The notes under the pieces: generated by a model
What the model was told of the DNA's origin: nothing
The model's input: the letters and a program-made list of their open reading frames with translations, nothing else
Database searches by the model: none
Translations under genes and position numbers: made by a program
Assembly: GCF_036321535.1 (NCBI RefSeq)
Contig: NC_087459.1
Span: forward strand, 7,378,001-7,442,000
From: Camelus dromedarius
Lineage: Eukaryota
Direction: 5' to 3'
Length of the DNA stretch: 64,000 nt
Part shown: piece by piece, positions 40,301 to 53,789 of the stretch
Layout of the letters: each line of letters begins with the position of its first letter
Numbering within the stretch: position 1 is the stretch's first letter

Positions 40301-43300
40301 CACGGTGTCCAGGACAGGAGCCTATGCCACAGCCTCCCCACACTCTCCCAGCCAGCTCCCGGCATAAAGAGGTCAACCAACCTTTATTTTTTTCTGAGCC
40401 AGAACCCAGCTCAGACCTGGGAAATGCTCCTTGATGGTGATAATTTTTAAAAAACACAAGGAGGGAGTGAATTCCAGACTCGCAGAAGTGCAACATCAGA
40501 ATTCAGACGGTTTTCTCTTAAAAGGCACTGCTCTCAATCATCAAAACTTTAAGCTAAAGTCAACTTCAAATAGGGTTTCTGATACGTTTAGGTCCAAAGA
40601 CCAGAGGTGTGAAGACCGCCTCCTCAGCCTTGTGTCCAAGCTGGAGTGCTCACCCAAGGTTCAGCACCCACCTATTTTTTTAAAGAATGCAGTTAATTTC
40701 CTGGCAGTGTCTGTAGGATTTAGCTGAAATCTCGCAGCCAGTGATGCTCTGGACTGGGGTGAGACCGAGATGACAACCAGCCTCTGCTGACCAGGTGCCG
40801 CTATCTGCAAAGCAAGGGACATGCCACTCACTCTGTGTGTTTTACAGGCTCCCAGTGGGCCAGGGCTGACAAGACCAGACCCTAACTCAATCAAGGCATG
40901 TCATTTTTGTGTACACAGAGAACCTAACATTTAGGGCTAGCACCTCAACAATGGAATACTGACCAGTAATTCACTGAGATCCCACTGATGAGACTTAAAG
41001 ATGCCAAGAGTCACCAGATGAGCTGCTCGGACAACACGAGCAAGCGAGGCTGGGGCTGATGTCGGGTTATAGCAGAGTCCTGAGGACCACCCACTGCTTA
41101 CCTCATTAGCACCTAGAACCTTCTGCAGCTCCTCGTGGCTCTGCTGAGTGATGAGCACGGTCTCTGCCGAGGTGACACAGCCACTACACGCCAGGCAGTC
41201 ATCCAACGAGATCTTGGCCTTCTCTAGCCTCCTAGTCCCTCCGTCCTGGAAGCAAGAGAACTCGGTACACCAAGAGCCCTGCTGCATGAAGACATGGCGC
41301 GGTGGAGCTCAGGGTAATGGAACCCACAGGAAACATTCATTCTCTGGCTCACAACACTGACAACCAATGGGGTAGCTGAATGGCTTTATGTGCCCACTAA
41401 AATTTTAGAAATTAAATATTTACTACAGAAATATTTATACACATTCTAGATTTTCATAGTGGCACCAAATTCTAACTTTGGTACAAACTTGGCTGGCATG
41501 TCAGAATCACACTAAGGAGGCCTCAAGCATTAAATCTACAGAGAAGCAGCTGGCTGGTCACAGAGGTCTTGGAGGGTCGTTGGTCCCCAGGCTGTACTCA
41601 TGGGGCTGTGGAGACAGGAAAATGCCAAAGGCCAGGCTCTAAGAGGAGGAGGAGAAAGGCCAGGGTGTAGATGAAGGAAGAAAGGACACAAGGACGAGGA
41701 GGGGGCAGAGACAGGAGATGGTGGGAGCTTGTGCCCTGCTGGGCTGTGCCCGCCAAATGTTGGCACTTGGAGGAGTGTGGAGTGCAAGAGGGACATGAGG
41801 GGCACTCACATCAGACTCAGCCAGACAGTTCCAGAACTTGGTGTTCAAGGCCTCCAGGCTGACACGCAGCAACTCTTCTTAGATGCAAGTGATCCCAGCA
41901 AAACCCCTTTACTCCCGCTTCACACGCAGGAAAGATCTGAGCCAGGGCCAGGTGAGCTTCAGGGGCCCAGAATGTGACCTAAGGGCTGAAGGAGACTAGA
42001 ACTCCCTTCCAGCCCAGCTCACTAGGCCTCACTATGCACCTAAGCCATAACTTGAGTTCAATGCCTTTTCCCAAGTTGGATGGGCCTGAAGGCCCAGACT
42101 GTGACGCTGTGCTGAGCAGGAGGCTGGTGTGCTTCTGACTTCTCTCCAGATCAACCACTGCTGCCCTGAAGCAGGGCTCACTGGCACTCTCACCTACCCT
42201 GGGTCCCCGTGCTGTGCCAGGATTGGGTGGGACCCATGGTGTGCTGCTGGGTCACCCTCCTGGACTAAGTAGACAGTGGCTCTTTCCCCATGACCTTGGG
42301 ATCCCACTTGTCTGGCCCCACCATGAGCCATCCTGTAGCTCTTCCCCTGCTTGGGAGGGGTCCCTGGGCCGGTGAGCCTGGTGCCTGTGGTCCATGGGAT
42401 GGCAATGGATGTTCTTGAGAATTCAGATGGCAAAGAGTTGGGGTAAATTTTAGCACTGATAGAATAGGATCTTGTCATTGTTAAATCACACAGGAAGTAG
42501 GTATTCATTAAGAACAAGTGACCTGGACTAGAAAATCTCACACAATTAGAATTCAGACAGAGAGGGAGAGAAACATGGGAACTGCCATCTCTGCTCCATG
42601 TTCAGCCTCTGTTCTCCTTCCCCACCATCCCCGAGGGTTCCCATCTCTCCCAGCCTCCCTGGCAGTCAATGAATTTGACTAGTGAGAAAAGACTGGTGGG
42701 AGGTGGAGGGTCCCACGGTCACTGCACTTGTCATCGGATGGAGCAACGAAATGTGTTTCAATCACCTGAGCTGGAACTCACCTGACTGACTTGGAAGTAA
42801 CTCCCATCATCCTCGATGTGGATCTTGGCCATGCCGCTTCCTGGCCTCTTATCCACTTTCATGGGCTTGATGCAGTCCTACACCAGTAAGAGATTGCAAA
42901 CGGGGACCTGAGTGTGCAAAGGTTCCACAGGAAGAGGGGCAGCCTGATGGCCACACCACTGCTGCGGGGGACAAAGGCTCTGCCCCGATTCCTGTCTTCC
43001 TGCCACAGAAGTAGTCTTGGCAGTGTGGCTACTTACGTTCACACCCCACCTACACTAAGGGTCACTCTGCAGGTCACAATCAGATGGAGGCAGCGCTAAG
43101 TGGGTCTGTACGCCAACCTGTCTGCAGACAGCCAACCCCGACCCTTCACCCTTCCTCAGTGTCAATGGGTGGCATGGCACTGCACAGAGGACCAGTGGCC
43201 AGTGTTTCACTGGCTACTGAGAGGAAGCCAAGGGGACAGAAGGAAAGTTTTGCTTGGAGGTCACCTCCCAGCCCAGTTCCTGGAAGAAAGTTCCTTTCTC

Positions 43301-43957
43301 TCCCTACCTCCTTAAGTTCCCGCTGTCTCTCTCAGCACTTTGAGAACCTCCCTGGCCATCGCATTCCCAAAAACGACCAGCCCCAGGAAGCCTTGGCGGG
43401 AGGCCTGTCTTCTCCCTGCTGCGGTGCTCTGGTGCGGTGCTCCAGCTCCGCCCCCTCCTTCTGGGACTCCTTAACTATGGCCCTCAGAGCCCTGGTTCTG
43501 GATGGCTGGTAGCAATCGATAAGCAGGTACACCAGATAAAGGCGGCCACCTTTCAAGTGCAGCTATCCCGTTCCCTTTAGGGGCAAGCTCTGCCTTACTC
43601 CTCGAAGGCGACACCGACGACCACCTCCCCTGCCCTCGCAGCTGGGTGGGGCCGTCCCACCCCGCTCACACGCAAGAATCCGGCCAGAGAAGCCTGGTAG
43701 GGTCTCCCCGGCCCCACTCCTGAGTTCGCCACCCCAGCTAGGTGACTCCTGTTGCCATGCCCGCCATGAAAGCGGACGCGGTCGCCCCGGGGCTGCGCGG
43801 CCCAACAGCCCGGCTTCCGAGCCCCTCTCTCAGGGGTGACACTGCGGTGGGGGGGGCCTCCCCGCGCACGACCGCCGCCCGGCCCGCCCACCTGAGATGG
43901 CGCGATGAAGTCGTCGAGGTCCGTCAGCTGCAGCGCCCCGCTAAAAGGCGACGCCAT
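37309..43957 (-). CDS. CIAO3: Cytosolic iron-sulfur assembly component 3 (NARFL/IOP1), 476 aa. Exons 43957-43892, 42877-42782, 41245-41102, 40804-40672, 40131-39997, 39749-39631, 39456-39327, 38912-38840, 38360-38223, 37793-37636, 37547-37309.
   Basis: [27 protein letters not shown]..., Fe-S ligands [35 protein letters not shown], and C-terminal W (...LSIRW*). Exon sum 1431 nt. Confidence 0.97.
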
Positions 43958-43959
43958 GG

Positions 43960-44300
43960 CGCCACACTGCCGCCGGCTTCCGCACACAGGGGTCGCCAAA
44001 CGTCGCGAAACGGTGAGGTGGTTCCGCCACGCTGCCGGAAAGCGCCAGTGCGGCGCATGCGCATCAGGCCCCGGGACTGGGCCCCTGTGCGGCGCGCGTC
44101 TCCTGCTGGCGGGCCCGGGAGCCTCTCACCTTCCCCGCCATAAGGGTGGAGGGGCGGCGGGGCGGCGGGAGATGGAGGCGCCTCCTGGGCGGTCCCGGGC
44201 TCACCTGACGATCAGGTGTGCGGCCCCGGCATCTCCGCTTCGGGAGCTTGCAGAAGTAGTCCCGGGCGCAGCCCAAGAACCCAGAAGGGCCCCAGGCATA
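43960..44300 (-). promoter_or_regulatory. CIAO3 CpG-island promoter with NRF1 site
   Basis: GCGCATGCGCA at 44053-44063 in CpG-rich sequence. Confidence 0.65.
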
Positions 44301-45232
44301 CAGGGGCGCCCAGTTCTGTTGAAGAGGGAAGAAAATGAGAGTGACAGGAATGAGGAAAAGTTCCTCCCAAGGCTGCAACCTAGTGCAGAGCCCAGAATTC
44401 TGGGGGAGGTGGGGAGAGTCTGGTTATTTCGGGGACCAGCCTGAGAAAACTTCATTTCCTGTATGATTTCATAACCTGAGACAGGACTTCTGCCTGCTGG
44501 ACTCAATTCTCGAGTCATCATATACATTTAATGACTTCTTATTGCGGCATTGCAGAAAACTCCAGTGGTGGAGTCTGGCACATCTCCAGGCCCCACCTCG
44601 GCCTAACCCTGAAGGTGCCCTGGTAGGCTCAGCCCCAGAATACTGGCTAGGCACAATCTCACATTCTAGGGGGCCCATCCCAGCCTATGCTCTTCTTGTG
44701 GTTCTTGTCCTCTCCTTGACTCTACCTGGTAACTCTCCACCTGCCTAGGGGTTAACTGTGGGGTTAACTGAGGCCCACCAGCTGGCACCTGCAGCTGTTC
44801 CTCCTGGCTTCCAGGACAGAAACTTCCTTCTCAGCAGCGAGAGGGGCTTTCCCCAGAGGCTGTGTCTGGTGGGCTTCCAAGCCCCAGCACGCCCTATCCT
44901 GGCAATATTTGACCAAGGTCTGGGATACAATGCCTGGAATCTCAACGATCTCACTCATTATTAGAACCAGACAAGTACAAAAAGAACTTAGTTTCACTGA
45001 AATGCCCTGGGGGAGGTTACAAAATACGTGTGAGAATAGCAAGTGCTGTTGGGATTTGGGGGCAGGATGAGGGTTGGTTAGGCTGGGGTAGTGGAGAGGG
45101 TTTACAGCAGAAGGGGCTCTGGTTGAGGTTGGAGGTTCTTCCAATGCTGGAGGGGGAGAGCCTGATGTGTAGAGTGGTTTCAGTCTTCGTTTCCCCAGAA
45201 CCAGTGGAGCAAAGGTAGGGGCTAGACAAAAG

Positions 45233-45805
45233 GTGGAAACAGCCCATGTCCATCAGTAGATGTGGATAAAGGAATGTGGTCTATACACACGACGGACTAT
45301 TATTCAGCTATAGAAGGACGAAGAATGGACACGCTATAATGTAGATGCACCCTGAAGACACGATGTTCAGCGAGAGAAGCCAGGCACAAAACACCACTAG
45401 TATGTGATTCCACTCCTGTGAAACATGCAGAACAGACAAATCCATAGAGACAGAAAGTAGATTAGAGGCCACCAGGGCCTTGGGAGGGGGGTTTCAGTTT
45501 TGGAAATAGTTGGTGGTGATGTTTGCACAACGTTGTGAATGTAACTAATGCCACTAAAGTGTACACTTAGAAATGGTTACAGTGGCAAATTTTGTTACAT
45601 ATTTTTTAATGGAGGTACTGGGGATTGAACCCAGGACCCCTGCATGCTAAAAATGCATCTACCACTGAGCTATTACTTTCCCTCACCTTGTTACATAATT
45701 TGAAAATTAGTAATGTAATATATTAAAAACCATTGAGTTGCACACTTTAAGTGGGCAAATTGAATGGTATGTGAATTTATACCTCAATGAAACTATTTAA
45801 AAACG
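45233..45805 (+). mobile_element. Old L1 (L1M-type) 3' end, interrupted by a SINE
   Basis: gtggaaacagcccatgtccatcagtagatgtggataaaggaatgtggtctatacacac..., tgtatgtgattcc, gtatgtgaatttatacctcaat. Confidence 0.75.
45602..45687 (-). mobile_element. tRNA-derived SINE (camelid Vic-1-like) with 10-bp target-site duplication
   Basis: Antisense A-box/B-box (gctcagtggtag...ggttcaatcccc). TTGTTACATA at 45592-45601 and 45688-45697. Confidence 0.8.
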
Positions 45806-46652
45806 ACAGGGCTAGAGGCTGCCACTCAAGCTGGCCACTCCAAGGTGTTCCTGAGAGGCCCAGGCAGTAAGTACACCCTGGTCTGTCCAGTTTCAAGCCA
45901 TTGGCCGAACTGTCCCTGAAGGAGTGCCTGGGTGACTACCAGAGTCAGTTTCTGGTTAAAAAAAAACAGAGCTCTCACNNNNNNNNNNNNNNNNNNNNNN
46001 NNNNNNNNNNNNNNNNNNNNNNNNNNNNNNNNNNNNNNNNNNNNNNNNNNNNNNNNNNNNNNNNNNNNNNNNNNNNNNNNNNNNNNNNNNNNNNNNNNNN
46101 NNNNNNNNNNNNNNNNNNNNNNNNNNNNNNNNCTGCCTGCTCTGGGTGGAGCCAGGATTGGGGACTTTTCAGCCCCTTGAGGGTCTTTTATTAACTCACA
46201 GCCATGTCTGTCCCTAGAGACCCTCAGCTCTTATGCCAGCATTACACCTTGCCTCTGGTGTGCCCGCTCTCACGTTTTGCAAATTGTTTCATCATCATCA
46301 TTATCAAGTTTTCACCATGCACTTCCCATGTGCAATACCAGAGTTTACACACGTAGGGGAACGCAAGGGCCAGATGAGGACACAGGGAGGGGCCGGAGCT
46401 CCTAAGCCCAGGCTGGTGGGCCTGTGCAGCTGTCCTGACGCTGTGGCTGTGTGTGGGTATCCCTTTCCGTGAACTGGAGCAGGTGCAGAGCTCAGCCTCT
46501 GCTTGCTCTGGACATGCCCACAAGATCCACTCTGGCCAAAGCCGACCATCTGATCGCTGGATGGGAGCAGCAGGGTTTCCCCCAAGGTATGTGGAGCTGC
46601 TGACCCCTCCTGCCAGTTGGCCTCAGAATTTCACCCTGCGAGGGACTGGACC

Positions 46653-47065
46653 TGTGTTAGTGTCCTGCGGCTGCTGGAATGAAGGACCACAACTGGGGGG
46701 CTTAAAACAACGGAAATGTATTCTCTCAGTTCTGGAAGCAAGAAGTCTGAAATCAAGGTGTCGGCAGGCCCATGCCTGCTCCAAAGGCTTCAGGGGGCCG
46801 CTTCCTGCCTCATCCAGCTTCTGGGGTCTCCAGGCCTTCCTAGGTTTGGGCTGCATCCCTCCAGTCTGCCTCCATTGTCACACGATGCCTGTGTGTCTTC
46901 TCTCCTTTTTTATCTTATAAGGACTTGTCGTTGGATTTAGGGCCACCCTAATCCAAGATGATCTCCTCTTGAGATCCTTGACTTAATTGCATCTTTTTCC
47001 AAATAAGGTCCGATTCATGGGTTCTGCTGGAAAAACATCTGGGGGTTCACCATTCAGCCTGCCAC
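46653..47065 (+). mobile_element. MLT1-type (MaLR) solo LTR
   Basis: TG...CA termini; ggcttaaaacaacggaaatgtattctctcagttctggaagcaagaagtctgaaatcaaggtgtcggcagg, taatccaagatgatctc: MLT1 hallmarks. Confidence 0.8.
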
Positions 47066-48191
47066 AGGCCACAGGTCCAAGTGTTTGTGGGACTTCCAGG
47101 GGTCAGAGGACAGCTGCCTAACAGAAGTGTCTCACCTGGCCATAGACCACCTCCTACTTGGGCTAGGTTGGCCCTCAGGGGACAGGTGGGAGGGAGGGAC
47201 CATCCTCGAGGGCTTTGCCACAGAGCCGGGGCTGGGCCAGTGGCCATCTTTTCAAGGCAGACAGCCTGTGTGCAGTGGGAATAAAATGACCCAGGGTGGG
47301 CACAATTAGAAGGGATTTTGTCTTTTCCAAAATAAATTAAAAATGTTCCTAAACATATAATTTCAAAACATTTACTGCATCCTCCAATGTTACTGTGTTG
47401 TGGGTCAAGGCCCCCCAAGAAATTATAAAGAAGTGGGGCTCCGAGTGGCTGGGATGTAGGAGCAGGCATGTGCAGCCCATGGAATCAAGGTGCCCGTGAT
47501 CCGCAGGACCTACCAAGACGCCCCCTATCAGGGACGTCCTGCTGTCCCCAGCACTGTGGGGTCACCTGCTAAGAGGTGCCTAGCATTAAGTTTAGGGGCC
47601 CAGGAGTGGCAGGTGGGAGGAGTGGGGAGACTGCTGGGTTGGCCAGCCCCTGCCTGCGTGGCCATGGTCGTATGGAACAGGGGACTCGTTTCCCAGGGGC
47701 CTGCCTCAGAAAACTGTCCAAGTACTAGGTTGGCCTCATACCCAGACCTTCTCAGGCCACCTCCATACCTTTTATAGGCTAGGGGAAATGTTGTTTGTTA
47801 GTTTGGATGGTCAACTAGGGTTCTCCTTTTGAGGTGAAGGTCTTCACACTCAGGGGTTCTCGGTAGATCCCCCAGATCTCTTCTGGTCCTGCGTGCTCCC
47901 CCCACCCCATCTCAGTGGATGTGGAAACAAAAAGCCTCCAGGTCTGTCCCTGCAGACCCTTCCACAGCCCTGTAAGTCTTCTCCAGGCTCTGAGCTCTGG
48001 GGTGGGGGGACCCCACATAGGGTGGGTCTGATGTGAGAGTGGGCCCCTGTGCCTCTTACTGTAGAATCTGAGAGAGAAAGTAGCCTTTTGTAGGCAAATA
48101 CGCGGGCCTGTTCCCCGGCTGCGTGAGGGGTCCCCACCAAGCACCCCATGCTCTCTGTGAAGCCAGATCGCACCCCTGGATTAAGCCATGC

Positions 48192-50338
48192 TTTATTTGT
48201 TGAAGGGAATTACTGTGGGCAATGAGCACATCATTAGCAGCATAATCAACACCGGTGCCTTCCCTCTGGGGCCACCACATCTTGTCAACAGGTGTGATCC
48301 CAGCAATAGCCCTGGGAGGCCTGATGCACATGGCAATTAGCCACTAATGAGAGGCCTGCTTGACCTGCTCGGCAGGCAGGGCCAGGCTGGGAGAGAAGAG
48401 GGCCCAGGGAGAGTCTGGCAGCCCTCCGGGGTTCCCCCTCTGCTCCTGTCTGGTGGAGCTGCAAGAGGCAGCAGAAAGAGATGGTCACAGAGAGGCCCTG
48501 GCCCTGCAGTGGTGACACTCCGACCTCGGGAGGACAGGTGCACACACATCTGTCCACAGGCATGGAAGGTTGGCCCTACCCTGGCCCCAAGAGGACCAAG
48601 CAGGTGACCCAGAGGCTTCATCTCTGTGGGGACAGTGGGCCAAGCAGTACCAGCGGGCAAGCTGAGAGGAGAAGCCCCTCTATTGCCTGACCAGGCTCTG
48701 GGCCCAGCAGCTCCATCCTCTGCCACGGGTCCCAGGGAGGACGGCCAGGCCACTGGTCTGTGCTCTCGGGGGGCAAGCACCGGGCACAAAACTAGCTTGG
48801 ATGGGGCAACTCCAAGCCATTTGTTAAACCACTGGCCTGTCCTGATGGCAGGTTTGCAAGTGGTTTGCAAGTGGTTTACGGTGCTGTTAGCCATGGCCCC
48901 ATTAGAACATCAAGGTCAGGCTTGCTGGCAGTCCCGAGTTGCCTCTGCACCCGAACTTTGTACCCAGCTCCCAAGTCATCAAGGAGCCATCTGGAGTATC
49001 TGTGGCAGAGGCGTGGGGCTGCCAGGTAGAGTAGGGAACCTCTGCAGGAGCCCCAGTCCCAGGACCTCCCCCAGGCCTACCCGCCCTATGGTGCTCCACA
49101 CCCTTCAGATCTGCAGGCTCACCCTGCAGGTCTTGGTAACCTGGCTTCTGGAGAGGCAGCCCCTCTGCGTGTTGTGGGACCTGTGGGCCCCTAAGTAGTC
49201 GTAGGCCCCAACCCTGCACTCACAGCAGGTCTGGGGCTGGTGTACCCCAGGCAGGGGTTGAGGGGGGCATCCAGAGCTGCTCCACGAGCCTGGCCTGAGA
49301 AGATGACAGACCTAGAGATGCCTGACTGCCCACTCGGACCTCCCTGGGGTCAGTTTTTACAAACATGTCCATCTCTGGCACGCTGGCGACCAACACCCCC
49401 ACTACGGGGGAACAGGCAACATCACTACTCCTCCACTGCTACGTCTGACCCCCTCCTTACTCCCCCATCTGTAGATCCCCCACCAACCCTGTGTGTGACC
49501 CCCGACGCTGTCCTTCCAGTCACCCCTCACCCAGCCCCTACTGCCTGGGACAGGCCCTTCCCTGCTCAGCCCTCGGCCCCGCCACCTTCTGGAGCACTCC
49601 TTGGACCTCCCCAGTGAGGGGAGCTCAGGCAGCCCCCACCCCAGGGGACAGCTCAGGGGCTGACCTGCACCGTAACTGGAACCCACTTGGCCATTGGAAG
49701 CTCAGCTAGTTTTCTCTGTGATGTTTTTACTGGTTTGTGAAGGTCAGGTCTGACCACTGACTGTGGGAGAGTCACCCTGGAAAGTGTGCTTTTGGGACCC
49801 AGCAGCCAAACCTGGGGAGCACCCAGCTTGTGAGATCATGGGCTCCCCTCAGGAGACCCCACCCCAGGCTCCCTGTCCTTCTCCCCTGACAATCTCTGCT
49901 CACCCAGCAGGGCTGCCACAGCTGGGAGTCCCCTGTACCCGCTGGAAGAGGAGGTCTTTCTTGTGCTGGGGGCACCTCCACTCTCAAGGAGGGAGCAGGC
50001 GGCCTTGGGGTGTGTGGGGGACAGGGAGCCACTCTGCAGAGCAGACCCCGACAGGGCCCCCCCTCACGTGTGCCCGGGGTGCTGTCCTCCCACTGTTCTG
50101 GCCCAGGAGAGCTGCAGCCCCGAATTATCTGAGGTTCTGGCCCATGTCTCCACATCTGCCTTGGTTTCCCTTCTGTGGGGGGTGTGGAAGAGGTGACCTA
50201 GGACCCCTCCAGGGTCAGCCCTGCCCTCCAAACCTGCCCTCCCTAAGCACCCTGGGCTCCTCCTCCTCCTCCACACGCCAATCTGGGCCCTTCTCTATTA
50301 GGTCACCCTCCCCACAGGCAGCCAAGGCAGCGGGCAGT

Positions 50339-50369
<31 letters not shown>

Positions 50370-51729
50370 CTGTATAGCCTGTATTCTCTCAGAACTGGGG
50401 ACATTCTGGGAGCCTGAGGACAGTGGGGAAGCAAAGTCACCTCAATGGTCTTGAGGGGTGGCCCCCCCCCCACAGCCCGGCCACTCACCATCTGAAGCTG
50501 TCCTGGAACATGGTGGGGGCCTCGCAGGCGGCAAGGGGCTGAAGAAGGACCTGCCATGTGGGGTTGGCAATGCCAGGCAGGGCACAGGAGTAGCCCGAGG
50601 GCAGGATGGGAGGGGCCGAGAGCACCACCCCAGCTGCCCAGGATGCCTGCCATGCCTCGAGGCTCACCTGGTGAGCTCCAGGAAGAGCTGGTCCAGGGCC
50701 TGGTCCACATCCAGCTTCCAGGTGATGGCACCTGAGGTCATAGGGAAGGTGGCCAGCTGCGCCAGCACAAGTCTACCCAGGACCTGGGCCTGGGGTGTGC
50801 ACTGCCTGTCAGCCTGGCCGTCCTCTGGTGTCTGTCCTCCCACTTGTCTGCCCGAGGCACCCCACCCTCGCGTGCCCGCTCCCTGTGCTCCCCACCGCTG
50901 ACCCTTGGGTTCGAGCCCAGCAGGTGCTTAGTTGGACACGATGCTGTTTCCCAGGTGCATATCTAGCCACAGCTGGGAGTTTGCACCCTAGGGCCACTCA
51001 GATGTGTCGAGGGGAAGGGGTGCCCAGGGGCCCCTTCTCAGCCCATGCTGGGGTTCAGATATCTGCAAAGGAGGCAGCCCTCAAGCCTAGGACCTGGGAT
51101 GGGGCCTTCAGGGTCCAAGCCTGACCTCTGACTCTAGCCAGGGCTGTCCCCAGTGACTGCCCCAGGGCCTGGGGCTGTGGTGGGGTGGGGGGCCAGGGGA
51201 TTAAGGTGGCTCTGCCCACCCACCCTCACCCCCAGACACCTGCAGGTCAGGACATTTCTGCAGATGCTGTGGGTGCCGGTTCTGGGAGCAGCTGGAAGAC
51301 AGTGAGGGGGCCCTTCCTTCTAGGGTCAGGGCATGTGTGGGTGGGGTCACCACCCAGGCCTCCTCAGACCCAGTGTCAGGGCTTCCCATGCCTGCCTGCT
51401 CCTACATCTGCTGGAAAACGTTGTGGGAGGTGTCCACCAGGATCTGGGCCAGGACAGTGCTGTCCATTACCAGCACAAAAGGCCACAGGGGAGCCTGGTG
51501 ACAGAGTGCCACGTCCTGGCTGCACGGCTCTGGGATGCTGGGCCCCAGGCAGCAGGAGAGGTCCAGCAGGGGGTGACTGGGCAGTGCTGGGCAGCCAGGC
51601 ATGAGGAACAGGAGGCAGCTGGGCAAATGGCAGCCCCACGGCCTTCTGCACCCCCAGCCCCATCATTGGCCAGCACACTCAAGTACACAGCCAGCAGAAC
51701 CAGCTGAGTTAGGGTTCGGAAGTGGTGAC
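48192..51729 (-). pseudogene. Unidentified multi-exon gene relic. Exons 51729-51240, 51062-50668, 50550-50489, 50172-49904, 49294-49224, 48999-48876 (stop); AATAAA at 48197-48192.
   Basis: Five consecutive GT-AG junctions are phase-compatible (0,2,1,0,2). GC3-rich codons in part. In-frame stops at 51404, 50990 and 50930, and a probable frameshift near 51640-51660. I do not recognise the protein. Confidence 0.6.
50341..50369. repeat. (TG)n microsatellite, 29 bp
   Basis: Read directly. Confidence 0.95.
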
Positions 51730-53669
51730 CTGGAGCAGAGGCCCACTGTATGTCTGCCCCAGGCTCCAAGCCAGCGGACTCTGGTCCCCTTTTCTATTTT
51801 GCCCAGACTGGGGGACAGGTTTTTTTTTTTTGAGAAATCGGAGCAGGAGCCAACCTACTGAGCTTTGGGCACGGCTCCTGTCCCCTGGGAATGTGGGTCC
51901 TGCCAGGAGACCTGGCTGGCTGCCCTTGGCTTCATGGGGATTACTGGATCAGAGCTACATGGGTCTACACTGGCAATGGAAACAGCCAAGCCAGAAGAGA
52001 TTATTTATCCCACTTCTTAGGTGTGGCTGGAGGTGCCCTGATGGGAGCAGGCTCAGCCAGGTGGAAAAAAAAACGCAAAAAGCTTTTCTTTTTTTTTTAA
52101 TTGCAGAATAAACAGCCCCTAAATTGTTTTTTTCACTCAAAAATGGTGAACAAGCCAAGGGTAGCTGGAGGGCAACTCCTGACAGGACAGGCAGGGGGTG
52201 TGCGTGATGGGTAGGCGAGCAGGAGGTGGGCTGTGCACCAGGACTGCACCATGAGGAAAGGCTAGAGGGGCCCCCCCAGTGGGCTGCAGGGACTGGGCAC
52301 GAGGTGGGAACCAGGGCAACTGTCATCTTTCCACATTTTCTTACATTTCTTTAAAGAGCATCACATACTTTTGCATACTAGGAAAAAAAATCTATTGCTG
52401 GGTTTGTCTCAGCATATGGTCACCAACACCTGCTGTGATCCACCTTTTGAATTTTGTAAATCTCCTGGTTTGAGTTCGAATTTCTAGGGTTCCTGCAAAG
52501 GTTGAAGCTGGCTTCACAAGCCACTAGCTCCTCAGTCTCCTGAGAATTCCTGCTTGCCTCCTGGGCCCCCTTCCTATCGGTTTCTGGCTTTTCTTGTTGA
52601 TGTGCGGTTCTTCACGTGTCCTCCCAGTTTCTGAACCACACATGGCATTGTCAGCTGTTAGACATCTCTTCTCTCCTTCTGACAGCTGCCTGTTAGCTGC
52701 CGATTTGTTTATTGCATAGGAATCCTTAACTCCAGTGACGTCACGTTCACCCACCGGCTCAGGGCAGGTTCTGTTGTGGAGGGTCTCCACATCTCCCTGC
52801 GTTCCTCAGGCCCTCCTTTTTCTGTCCATCTAATCCCCTCGGTGGTACACAGGTCTTTAATGCACCCGGTATCCAACTTGTCTCATGTAAACAAGGGCTC
52901 TTGCTTTACTTTTCTTCACTCAGGGCGTCCCATTTTCCAACACCATCGGTCCTGTGGATCTGTCCCTCCCCCGACACTGCTCTGCAGAGCCACCTTTTCC
53001 ATGAGTGAAGCTCCATGTGCACAGGGTGTATTTTCCTTGAAATCTGTAGACTGTGCCTTTGTTTCTATCTTAATCACTGTGGTGATGTCTTAATATCTGG
53101 CAGCTTGCCTCTTCGCCTCTTCTGTTTAGTTCATGGATATTTATTCCCTTTATGTTCAATGAATCTGTTGAGTTCTTGAAAAACAATTCTCCTAGGGTTG
53201 AATTGACTGTTAGGGTTGAACTGACTTTATAGGATAATGTCAGGGGAACTGACACTTAATCATGCTGGGTTGTTCCAGAAAAAATTCTGTGTTATCAGAT
53301 AGGCTGATTTCTATGAATCTACTTTGTGGATTTCATTGTTATTAGAAATTATACATTTTCCTATTAAATTTGTTCTGATTGCTGACAGANNNNNNNNNNN
53401 NNNNNNNNNNNNNNNNNNNNNNNNNNNNNNNNNNNNNNNNNNNNNNNNNNNNNNNNNNNNNNNNNNNNNNNNNNNNNNNNNNNNNNNNNNNNNNNNNNNN
53501 NNNNNNNNNNNNNNNNNNNNNNNNNNNNNNNNNNNNNNNNNNNNNNNNNNNNGCACCCAATAAACAATAATTCCCACTTCCCTTGCCTCCCTGGTAACCT
53601 CTGTTATACTTTCTGTCTCTATGGGTTTCCCTAATGTGGACATTTCATATAAATGGAATCACACCATAA

Positions 53670-53789
53670 TTTTGTTGGGGGGGGGCAGATATTAGGTTTT
53701 ATTTATTTATTTAATGAGGTACTGAGGATTGAACCAAGGACCTTGTGCATGCTGAGCACACGCTCTACCACTGAGCTGTACCCTCCCCC
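53670..53789 (-). mobile_element. tRNA-derived SINE (camelid Vic-1-like)
   Basis: Reverse complement reads ggggagggtacagctcagtggtagagcgtgtgctcagcatgcacaaggtccttggttcaatcctcagtacctc, followed by an A/T-rich tail. Confidence 0.8.

Noticed and set aside
49123-49190. Extra phase-compatible exon for the relic gene (GPQVPQHAEGLPLQKPGYQDLQ)
   Set aside because: It would need a 33-nt intron after the 49224 donor, below the spliceosomal minimum.
52343-52495. Minus-strand acceptor/donor pair upstream of the relic gene
   Set aside because: AT-rich, contains stops and resembles L1 3' sequence.
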